This document shows, piece after piece, positions 19,501-27,563 of a stretch of DNA of 46,136 bases. The notes under the pieces were generated by a model. The model searched no databases and was not told where the DNA came from. It was given only the letters and a program-made list of their open reading frames with translations. Both the position numbers and the translations under genes were made by a program. This DNA is from a virus (Duplodnaviria > Caudoviricetes), in IMG/VR virus record IMGVR_UViG_3300009566_000070, positions 1-46,136 of that record; one strand, written 5' to 3'. Every line of letters starts with the position of its first letter. The stretch's first letter is position 1.

Positions 19501-19782
19501 TTAGGCGTTGGTGGTTTGTACCTTTTTCTTCTTACTTGTCAGTTTCGGCGGGTTAGGCCATGGAGCCGGGCGCTCTATTTTCCCGTTCAATATGCGTACC
19601 TTTTTTGCAAGTTTTTCTTCCGGCTCCCGGATCGCCGCGTTCAAAAGAGAAATGAAAAGCTTTACGGCCTTGTAAGTATAGACGATCACGGCCATGATGA
19701 TGATAACGGCGACGGCCAGAGCGATCACTCCGCCGACGAATGTCAATAAAAATGCTACAAACAAACTTAATATTGCGTTCAT
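19501..19782 (-). CDS. Membrane protein (lysis region)
   Basis: Long N-terminal hydrophobic stretch, basic tail, GGAGG SD. Confidence 0.5.
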   Translation of the reverse strand: MNAILSLFVAFLLTFVGGVIALAVAVIIIMAVIVYTYKAVKLFISLLNAAIREPEEKLAKKVRILNGKIERPAPWPNPPKLTSKKKKVQTTNA

Positions 19783-20045
19783 GGTTTACCTCCATGTCGA
19801 ACGATAAAACCTATGTAAAATAATCCAAGAGCTCCGGCGACAATTATCGTGACGATAGTTTTCATGATTACGCTCTTGCATGTTTTCGTGTATTCCATCA
19901 TCGCGCCAATGAATTCGTGTTGTTTGTAATGTGTTTCCCTCTCGACATAAAAAGGTTTCAGTTTGTCCTCCAGCGCTGCTTTGATTCCAGCCTGAACTCC
20001 CGATTCTATCGCTCTTGTCACTTCTTCCGAATTCATTCGACGCAT
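19779..20045 (-). CDS. Membrane-anchored protein (lysis region)
   Basis: C-terminal TM helix; GGGGG SD. Confidence 0.55.
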   Translation of the reverse strand: MRRMNSEEVTRAIESGVQAGIKAALEDKLKPFYVERETHYKQHEFIGAMMEYTKTCKSVIMKTIVTIIVAGALGLFYIGFIVRHGGKP

Positions 20046-20197
20046 CCCCCTTGCTTTAGTTTATTCCCGTCCCCGCGGGAATGACAACGGGGACGGGATG
20101 GGTTAACTGCGGTTTTCATTATCCCGCGTCGCTTACGCTCCTGGGATAATTCCGTCAGCGATTCGGGCTTCGTTTTACTCGCCCTTATCGGACGTCA

Positions 20198-21319
20198 CTA
20201 CGACTTCTTTACCTTGACCAACACGCCCGGACGGCAGCACAGGGGAAGCGGATTCGACTCAATATGGATATCCACCCAGCGTCCCATCTGTTCAATGGCC
20301 TGTTTTGCGTACAGTTCGATACCGGGCGTATTTACCGCTTCGAGAAATTCGCCGGGCGCGTAAATCTGCTTGAAGGTGTTCATGGTACCCATCGGGAACG
20401 CATGTCCTTCGTTCGCGGTGATGAATTTTCTGTTCGTGCCGGACGGATCGGACGCGTTGCCGCGGTACTCTTCCCAGGTTATGCCGCCAAATTTGAATCC
20501 TTTGCGCGGATCAGCTCCGGCGATATCAGCGGCCGCGGTCCAATTCAGATAAAACTTTTCGACATTGGGATGCGCGATGAAGGCGTCGAAAAATTCCTGT
20601 GACACAAGACAGCGAATCTCCGTCATGACTTCGCCCTTGAGGTTGTCTTCGATATGCCGAACGAGTTCGCGGCATTTCGCCTGAACGTCCGTCAGGGGCG
20701 ATGCTGTCGTCAGTGCAAAATTGATCTCTTTTTGTGTAATGCCGAACTCGGTATAAAGGTTGTACAGCGTAGATCCGTCCGCATCGAGAATGATGCCCTT
20801 TAATGCGCCCATTCTCAAATGCTCGATGGTAATGCCGAAGCTGTTCTTGGCGGTCTGGAGATGCTTGTTCATCACGGACACAAGGGTTTGCAGTTCGTTT
20901 GCCTGTCCGAATTCACGCACGCCGGAAAATTCCGCGGGCTTGATCGTGTCATCAAGCGGAATGTGCGGAACGTTGAACGTACGAACAACGCGTTTTCCCA
21001 ATTTGTTTTGCGTACCGGGAGCGCCGACCGGCTTGGTCGGTAAAAGAGTCAAAACGCCGTTCTGTTCTTCAACAATCGCGGCGCGGGTTGTAATTCCTTC
21101 GGTATTTGCAAATATGCCGAGCTGATTGACCCTGCCGTAATTGTTCGGCAGGATATCAATGGCGGCGCACAGATTAACCATGCTGAATGCGTCCTGGTCG
21201 AAAGGATTGACGATTGTTCCGCCGATGTCGCCGCGCTGATCGCGTAACTGGCGGGGAATGTATTTGGACAAGGAAAAAGGATTGGCGCTCTTTCCGAAAT
21301 AACTTGCTAATTTTTTCAT
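20198..21319 (-). CDS. Major capsid protein (lambda gpE-like family)
   Basis: NPF..DAFS, TIEHLRMGALKG.ILDADG, F.FGGI.WEEY, ESNPLP.C.RP motifs. Confidence 0.92.
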   Translation of the reverse strand: MKKLASYFGKSANPFSLSKYIPRQLRDQRGDIGGTIVNPFDQDAFSMVNLCAAIDILPNNYGRVNQLGIFANTEGITTRAAIVEEQNGVLTLLPTKPVGAPGTQNKLGKRVVRTFNVPHIPLDDTIKPAEFSGVREFGQANELQTLVSVMNKHLQTAKNSFGITIEHLRMGALKGIILDADGSTLYNLYTEFGITQKEINFALTTASPLTDVQAKCRELVRHIEDNLKGEVMTEIRCLVSQEFFDAFIAHPNVEKFYLNWTAAADIAGADPRKGFKFGGITWEEYRGNASDPSGTNRKFITANEGHAFPMGTMNTFKQIYAPGEFLEAVNTPGIELYAKQAIEQMGRWVDIHIESNPLPLCCRPGVLVKVKKS

Positions 21320-21405
21320 TTTATTTCCTCCGTAATATTTTGTTTGTTATCGGTAATTGCTCTAAAGCCTCCCGGTTGCATCAGCAAGCGGGAGGCTCAG
21401 GCTTG

Positions 21406-22197
21406 TTATTCTTCAACAGGATCCGATATCCATGCCACCGGAATAATGTTTTTCGCGGCCAGCTGCGCCATTGCCGCGGCAATCTGTCCATCGCTTATCT
21501 CGGGGGACATGTCGGGCCATACCAGGTTTTCTTCGATAATCGATGCTTCCCTGACAATCGCCACGCCGTCAGATGTCGGAGACGATGACACAACTGCGGC
21601 CGTCATGATACCGTAGGCGTTCTGTGATCCGTCAACGGCATCCGGATTAAACGCGACAACCTCTCCGCTGCCTGCGGCGATTGTTATGGTGAAGGTATCT
21701 CCAAGCGCATAGTCCGGGCTTCCGTCGTTAATTGTAAAATTGATCTGATCGTTCGTGTAGGCCTGGCCGGCAACAGCATTCGGCAGCGCGTATCCGTCAG
21801 GATCCTCGACAGAAAATATCCCGGCGCCGGTCTGGGCAAGAATATTTTTTAATGTATAGGTGCCGAGCTTTGCTTTTGCGCCGGCCGTTACGTCGGTACA
21901 TGTTCCGCCGCCGGTCGCGCCTGATACAAGTGAGCCCGTTGTGGGGCATGTACCGAGTAATATCTTTCCGATCACGGATCCCAGTGAAAGGCTTTCACCG
22001 CTTTTCACGGTGACAATTTCGCGCGAAAAATGATTCGGGGCTTCCTGACGAACGATGTCACTCAGATAGTTTCCCTCGGTCTGCGTACTGCCGCGCTGGG
22101 ATTTAATTGTCCTGCGAAACTTTGCTGCAATATCCCGATGAAACTGAAGCAATGCAAGCATTGCGAATGCGAATATAAAAGCGATTACGGTTTTCAT
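21406..22197 (-). CDS. Head decoration protein (gpD-like) with insertion domain
   Basis: SRE.VT..SG..L..G.V.GK...DGSQ.A.GI...L.WP; located between protease and capsid genes. Confidence 0.8.
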   Translation of the reverse strand: MKTVIAFIFAFAMLALLQFHRDIAAKFRRTIKSQRGSTQTEGNYLSDIVRQEAPNHFSREIVTVKSGESLSLGSVIGKILLGTCPTTGSLVSGATGGGTCTDVTAGAKAKLGTYTLKNILAQTGAGIFSVEDPDGYALPNAVAGQAYTNDQINFTINDGSPDYALGDTFTITIAAGSGEVVAFNPDAVDGSQNAYGIMTAAVVSSSPTSDGVAIVREASIIEENLVWPDMSPEISDGQIAAAMAQLAAKNIIPVAWISDPVEE

Positions 22198-22268
22198 TTT
22201 TTTCCTCCTGTGAAAAAATTTATTTTTGTTTTCTGGATTCCCGCCTTCGCGGGAATGACAAAATGTTT

Positions 22269-22751
22269 TTACTTCTTTGCTTGGGCTGTTTCCGCGCGTT
22301 TTCGTGCATCAGCGACAAGCGGGCTGACTTCACCGTTTCCGAGGGCTGTTACGGTGCTTATTACCTGCTGCGTCTGCGAGTCTTTCGCTTTCGCATCGAT
22401 GACTTTTTTCCTTGCGTCATCGATGCTGGTATTGGAACTGATCAAATCCATCGCCATATTGAGCTTTCCGCCCAGGGTGCAGATTTCCAGAATTCCTTTG
22501 GCGTGTGCGCGGGCGGCGTCTTCGATTTCCTTTTTATACGCTCCGAAATCGACGCCTTTAAGATCGCCGGTAAGCTGTTCTTTTTTGAGGCCGATTGCCG
22601 CCGCGATTGCTTCAATGTTCGCGACGGACATAAAAATGCCTTCGCCCCCCGCTTTGGGCACAAATCCCATTTCGGACAGGGCGGTTATTAATTCCGCGGG
22701 TATGTCTTTTCCCAAAGCCCGCAACGCGTCCAACAATTCTTTCAGATTCAT
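22269..22751 (-). CDS. Nested in-frame scaffold protein (Nu3-like)
   Basis: Internal AAAGGAGGAAGCAAC-ATG at MNLKEL in the protease frame, the same arrangement as lambda C/Nu3. Confidence 0.7.
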   Translation of the reverse strand: MNLKELLDALRALGKDIPAELITALSEMGFVPKAGGEGIFMSVANIEAIAAAIGLKKEQLTGDLKGVDFGAYKKEIEDAARAHAKGILEICTLGGKLNMAMDLISSNTSIDDARKKVIDAKAKDSQTQQVISTVTALGNGEVSPLVADARKRAETAQAKK

Positions 22752-23612
22752 GTTGCTTCCTCCTTTTCTCTTTGTTTTCGATATTTCACTTACCGCTTTG
22801 GCCTTAGAAACGACGGAATCGGCAAAGCCGATATCCACCGCGTTTTTACCGAAGTATAACGCGGCTTCCGTGTCCCGGACCGCCTGCGGGCTGATGCCTC
22901 TATTTCGCGCAACGGTTTTAACAAACAGTTCGTATGCTGTGTTGACGCGTTCCTGCGCAGCTTTCAGGGCTTCCGGAGTCAGCGGGGAATGGGGATCGAA
23001 ATCATTCTTCCGGGCACCGGCAAATATCGGCGTGTATTTATCGCCGATTCGTTCATCAAACTTGCTTTGGTCGCAATGTTCCATGATGACTCCGACCGAT
23101 CCGACTGTGGCTGTGCGCGACAGGTATATTTTTTCGCATGCAGAAAGAATCGCATAGGCTGCGGAAAGAGCCGTTTCGTTGCCGATTCCAAATATCGGCT
23201 TGATTCCGCGCGCGTTGAATATTTCATCGACAAGATCGAACAGGCCGGATATTTCGCCGCCGGGTGAATCAACATCGAAAATGATCTGGCTGACGTTCGG
23301 ATCGGCAAGAGCCGCCTGAAATTGCGCGCGGATATCTTCGTAAGATGAGTCGCCGAACAGCCAATCCATAATGCCGTCGCTTTTATGTGTCAGGATTCCG
23401 CATACGGAAATAACGGCGATTCCGTTTTGCGTCTGTCCGGAAAGACGGTTTGCTATCGTCTGAGGCAACGCCTTTATTTTTCCTTCGGCGTCCATCAGGT
23501 TTTCGTTTCGCGCAACAATGAAATTAATCACTGTCGACATTGTCGCCCGGTCCAACATCCACGGCCGGTTAAATATTTTTTGCGCCAGTTGTACGATTGA
23601 GATTTTTTTCAT
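22269..23612 (-). CDS. S49 prohead protease (gpC-like) with C-terminal scaffold
   Basis: DVDSPGGE, ALSAAYAI, VGSVGV, GARKND motifs. Confidence 0.92.
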   Translation of the reverse strand: MKKISIVQLAQKIFNRPWMLDRATMSTVINFIVARNENLMDAEGKIKALPQTIANRLSGQTQNGIAVISVCGILTHKSDGIMDWLFGDSSYEDIRAQFQAALADPNVSQIIFDVDSPGGEISGLFDLVDEIFNARGIKPIFGIGNETALSAAYAILSACEKIYLSRTATVGSVGVIMEHCDQSKFDERIGDKYTPIFAGARKNDFDPHSPLTPEALKAAQERVNTAYELFVKTVARNRGISPQAVRDTEAALYFGKNAVDIGFADSVVSKAKAVSEISKTKRKGGSNMNLKELLDALRALGKDIPAELITALSEMGFVPKAGGEGIFMSVANIEAIAAAIGLKKEQLTGDLKGVDFGAYKKEIEDAARAHAKGILEICTLGGKLNMAMDLISSNTSIDDARKKVIDAKAKDSQTQQVISTVTALGNGEVSPLVADARKRAETAQAKK

Positions 23613-23615
23613 TTC

Positions 23616-25142
23616 TTATTTTCCTCCCTCTTGCTGGCTTGCTATTATTTCGGCTATTTTTTGCAGGACGCCGGCTGATGTGACTTTGCGCGGATCGGAA
23701 TCAAGGATTAATTTATGTAAATCTATAAGTTTGTTTTCTTCCGCCATTTCCTCAAGTACATTTTCTATATCTTCGCCGCGTTCTGCGATGATCTTTGTCA
23801 ATGTCTTCGATCCGATACGTCTGGCCAATTGTTCGGCAAGCATATCCTTAAGCGGATCGACCCATGCCCAACCATCCGGACACCATTTGATTCGCAAATA
23901 TTTACGGCGGTTCCGGTAATAATCCGGGATATCCAACGCCCCGCACATGACGGCTGTATCCATCCATCGCGCCGCTATGGGACGGCAAAATTGATGAATT
24001 ATGATTTGATGCTGTAATTGATTGACACGGCGACGGAACTCCAGAAGGCCGGCGCGAATGGATGAATAGTTGACATCAGACAAATCCCCGGTTAATTGTT
24101 CATAGGTGATTCCGATTCCGACGGCAATTTCGCGTAGCTGCTGTTTCATCCAGGCCAGGTACGTTACGCCGACATCGGCGGGATTGGAAAACTTGACGTC
24201 TTTTCCAATCGGCAATACCGGGAAGGTTCCCGGTTCCAGACCGACTACACTTTCTCCCTGAACAGAGAGAATCTTGCCGAGAAGACTTTGGTTCATTGCG
24301 AGGGCTTCGTAATCAATTTCCTGCGTAATGAAACCGCCGAACATGGCGGCGGTTTTTTTGCGCACAAGTTCGGCATCTTCGTATTGATCAATCTCATGCA
24401 GCTTGACGATGATCGACGCGAGCCAGGGACGGCCGCGCATCTGGCCGATGCGGACCGGCTTGTAAATGTGCAACATATCCTGAGCCAGAATGCGTATTCT
24501 TTCTTTGGCGGCCGATTTAAATGACAGCATTTCGCCCGGGTGTTCATTCCAAACCCAGTAAGCAACGCGCCGGCCGGTTTTTTTGTCGAATTCGATTCCC
24601 ATGCGGATTTCGTTTCCGTTCGATGCGACGCTGTTAAATGTTTCGTCCAGATGATCGGCCTCCAGAAGTTGAATTTTTAATGGAATGGTGTCGTATTCTC
24701 CCGGCCAGACATCGATAAACCGGCAAAGGAATTCGCCGGCGTCGATCATTGCTCCGACGCCCTGGCTTTGCTGCCCGTAAAAATTTACAAGATTATAAAA
24801 ATCAGATTCCTCAATCCAGTCATTCCAGAGTTCTAAAATCTGCTGCTTTAATGTTTTATTGTCTTTGAATGTCCAGCGCGGGTTGATTCCGGATCCGATT
24901 ACGTTTGACACGTATGTTTCACATCCGCCGTCTGCCAGGGGATTGTTTCGGCGGAGTTCGCGGATCCTTCCACGCAATGTATTAAGGGAAGAAAAAAGAG
25001 TTGAGTTCGGTCCCGCCGATGACATGCCCCAGCGTCCCATGCGCCGGCCGGTTGCGGCGCCTTCATAGGTCTGCAATACAGCCGAGGGAATTGCGCGGCC
25101 GTATTGGTCAACTATGCTGAGCATGGGGATGGAATATTTCAT
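23616..25142 (-). CDS. Portal protein, lambda family
   Basis: YEGA..GRR, LEADHL, GQMRG.PW, GITYEQLTGD...VNYSSIRAG, WVDPLKD. Confidence 0.95.
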   Translation of the reverse strand: MKYSIPMLSIVDQYGRAIPSAVLQTYEGAATGRRMGRWGMSSAGPNSTLFSSLNTLRGRIRELRRNNPLADGGCETYVSNVIGSGINPRWTFKDNKTLKQQILELWNDWIEESDFYNLVNFYGQQSQGVGAMIDAGEFLCRFIDVWPGEYDTIPLKIQLLEADHLDETFNSVASNGNEIRMGIEFDKKTGRRVAYWVWNEHPGEMLSFKSAAKERIRILAQDMLHIYKPVRIGQMRGRPWLASIIVKLHEIDQYEDAELVRKKTAAMFGGFITQEIDYEALAMNQSLLGKILSVQGESVVGLEPGTFPVLPIGKDVKFSNPADVGVTYLAWMKQQLREIAVGIGITYEQLTGDLSDVNYSSIRAGLLEFRRRVNQLQHQIIIHQFCRPIAARWMDTAVMCGALDIPDYYRNRRKYLRIKWCPDGWAWVDPLKDMLAEQLARRIGSKTLTKIIAERGEDIENVLEEMAEENKLIDLHKLILDSDPRKVTSAGVLQKIAEIIASQQEGGK

Positions 25143-25366
25143 TACAAGCCCTTTCCTGTTGATGTGCGGATGTATCTTGTTGTAGTTGATGTCGTCTCAA
25201 GTTCTTTCTTAACGGAATCGCGGAGGGCGCGAAGTTGGGGCAGGTCGGCCTGTCCGTATTCGATTGACTTTCCGCCGGCTGTTGTCACGCGGACGGTTCG
25301 CTCTCCGGCTGCCAGCGCGACAATTGCCGATTCAATCTTTGTGAGGTCTGCTTGTGTGTACGCCAT
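25142..25366 (-). CDS. Head completion protein (gpW-like)
   Basis: MAYTQADL..IE.AI...G...V....KSIEY...L..LR; directly upstream of portal. Confidence 0.85.
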   Translation of the reverse strand: MAYTQADLTKIESAIVALAAGERTVRVTTAGGKSIEYGQADLPQLRALRDSVKKELETTSTTTRYIRTSTGKGL

Positions 25367-25576
25367 AATGAGCACCAAATTTTAAAAGCGCAGCGCATTA
25401 AAATTTGCTGTGCGAATTATCCCGAAACCCGATATCATCGGGTTGAGTGGGATCGTGATTTCCTTTCCTTCTGCTGAATCGTTAAACATTCTTTCCTCCG
25501 AGGGGGAGCCCCGGCACCGATTGCCGGGGCTTTGATAAAGGGGATCTAAAAAATCTGTCTGCGGGAACAGATTCGC

Positions 25577-25604
25577 AAAAAAAAAGAGCGCTAACAAGGC
25601 GCTC
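25577..25604 (-). terminator. Intrinsic terminator upstream of the head operon
   Basis: On the - strand: GAGCGC-CTTGTTA-GCGCTC followed by T9. Confidence 0.6.
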
Positions 25605-25822
25605 GGTTCCGGTCTGTTCCGCTCTGTTCAAGGAATTTTATAAGTCAATTAAGAATAATCATTATTTTCTTAATGAGAACACGCTAAGAGCGAGCATGCG
25701 ACGCTCGAAGCGTAGTGCGAATTATCCCCGTAGCGAAGCGGAGCGGGATAATGATCGTGATTGACAGGATGATTTTAAGTTTTATGTTTTAAGTTGTCAT
25801 TCCGGAGAAGCCAAAAATCCAG

Positions 25823-26026
25823 TTAGTATCTTTTATGTAATGTATTTATGTCTACTCGTTCTATTTTCTGGATGGTTATTTTAGAAAGAGATGAAGGATC
25901 GTAAATTTCAATAATACCTACCTCATTAGAATTATAAATTTCGACAATTATAAAATTTTTAATTTCAAAATCATTTCGAACAATGTCACCGATTCGTGGT
26001 TGTTCCTCTAGATAGTTTTTAGCCAT
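25823..26026 (-). CDS. Hypothetical protein (AT-rich)
   Basis: GGAGGA SD before MAKNY; 67 aa. Confidence 0.55.
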   Translation of the reverse strand: MAKNYLEEQPRIGDIVRNDFEIKNFIIVEIYNSNEVGIIEIYDPSSLSKITIQKIERVDINTLHKRY

Positions 26027-26065
26027 ATTGTTGTCCTCCTGAGTCATTCCCGTGTTGGCGGGAAT

Positions 26066-26257
26066 CTATGATCTTTTAATGTAGAAGGGTAATACGAACA
26101 TCCACAATTCGACAAACAAAATAGAGAATACTTTCGATGGTGATTGTTTCCACCAACTTAATAATTCACCGTTTCGATCAAAATATGAAAGAACCGCGCA
26201 TCCTATAATATAATTCAGGATCGTTATTAAAAAAATCATTAATAAAATATTTAACAT
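26066..26257 (-). CDS. Hypothetical membrane protein
   Basis: GGAG SD; two hydrophobic segments. Confidence 0.5.
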   Translation of the reverse strand: MLNILLMIFLITILNYIIGCAVLSYFDRNGELLSWWKQSPSKVFSILFVELWMFVLPFYIKRS

Positions 26258-26301
26258 AAATTACTCCGTCATTCCCGCGGAGACGGGATGCGCTGATTTC
26301 A

Positions 26302-26490
26302 TCATCTCTGATAAGAAATATGTATAGGTACTTTGTCTGCTGCAACTTGAACTTTCTTAAAAGCCTCGGCCACTTCCCTGAAAGAAAACGCGGCATTATT
26401 TATTGCATCTGAGATATCCTTTGTAAATTTGAGAAGCTCCAATCTGGCCGATGCTCTTTTCTGCATTTTTTTTCTCAATCTTGATCTCAT
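26302..26490 (-). CDS. Hypothetical protein
   Basis: GGGAG SD supplied by the repeated leader at 26501. Confidence 0.5.
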   Translation of the reverse strand: MRSRLRKKMQKRASARLELLKFTKDISDAINNAAFSFREVAEAFKKVQVAADKVPIHISYQR

Positions 26491-26688
26491 GATTTTTCTC
26501 CCTGGACTATAGTGACAATTAATTTATTTCAATCTTTTTCCCGCAACACGGGCAATAATTTATCGTCAAAATATTCCCGTTTTTTGCCAGAATTGTTAAA
26601 ATTTTACTATCGTTAAAATTTGTTATTTTAACGACTCCTTCACTAATTAATTGTCCCATTGTCTTACAGCATTGCTTAATTGTTATTT

Positions 26689-26904
26689 TCATGATTTTTC
26701 TCCTGAAATCGTTTTCCAGAACGATATCTTAAAATTGATTACGGCGATTGACAATTGCCTAAACGCAAAAGCGAATGACTCCGGAAAGTCTTTATAAAAT
26801 AATAACTCTTTGATGTTTTGATCTCTGATAAGAGTTAAATCCCGGACGTGACCGCGAACCGCATTTTTATAATCACCGATCAGCTTTCTCAGTCTCGCTA
26901 TCAT
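26689..26904 (-). CDS. Hypothetical protein
   Basis: Tightly packed with neighbours on the same strand. Confidence 0.45.
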   Translation of the reverse strand: MIARLRKLIGDYKNAVRGHVRDLTLIRDQNIKELLFYKDFPESFAFAFRQLSIAVINFKISFWKTISGEKS

Positions 26905-26907
26905 GAT

Positions 26908-27108
26908 CTACCCCATTTTTTCTGCATAAAATTTTTCAAGCCTTTTCATCGCGTGACTGATACCGGAGCGAGATATGCTCATGTCCGGGACGTAAGCCAT
27001 ACAAATAAACCGCTCTGCCTCCTTATAGTCAGAAAATCCTCCGGTGGATACTTGAGTAAACACCATATTAGAATCTTTAATTTGCTGTTCATAAGTTTCT
27101 TTGCTCAT
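26908..27108 (-). CDS. Hypothetical protein
   Basis: GGGGGT SD; 66 aa. Confidence 0.5.
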   Translation of the reverse strand: MSKETYEQQIKDSNMVFTQVSTGGFSDYKEAERFICMAYVPDMSISRSGISHAMKRLEKFYAEKMG

Positions 27109-27263
27109 GATTTTACCCCCTTTTTATTTCCCTATCATTTTAGAATATTTTCATCAATGTCATTATAACTCTCCGCTTACTCTCCCTACCCCATTCGCTA
27201 CCGCTCAGGGGTAATTCGCACTATGTTTCGAGCGTCGCGCGGCTCGCTCTCAGCATGTGCTCA

Positions 27264-27563
27264 TTATTTTTTCATCCATTTAGACTTGGCGACCGGTTTT
27301 TCGATAATCTGTTCACTCTGTTCGTTTTTATCCAGGTCCGGATCGAACATGTCTTTTGGATTGATTTTACGTCTTTCGATAAATTTTTCCAGCGATTTTT
27401 CCAATATCCGGATGGCCCGCCCATGAGCGCCATTCTTTCCTATGCCTATTCTGATGGCTTCCAATTCTTCGGATGCGACGAGATCGTATACATGACGCTC
27501 CGTACAATCCAATACCATAGCGACCTTTTGCATGCTCACATATTTTTCTGTCCGCTCAATCAT
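27264..27563 (-). CDS. Excisionase/MerR-type winged-HTH DNA-binding protein
   Basis: YVSMQKVAMVLDCTERHVYDLVASEELEAIRIG...IRI...SL..FI; ATGA overlap with the terminase stop. Confidence 0.75.
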   Translation of the reverse strand: MIERTEKYVSMQKVAMVLDCTERHVYDLVASEELEAIRIGIGKNGAHGRAIRILEKSLEKFIERRKINPKDMFDPDLDKNEQSEQIIEKPVAKSKWMKK

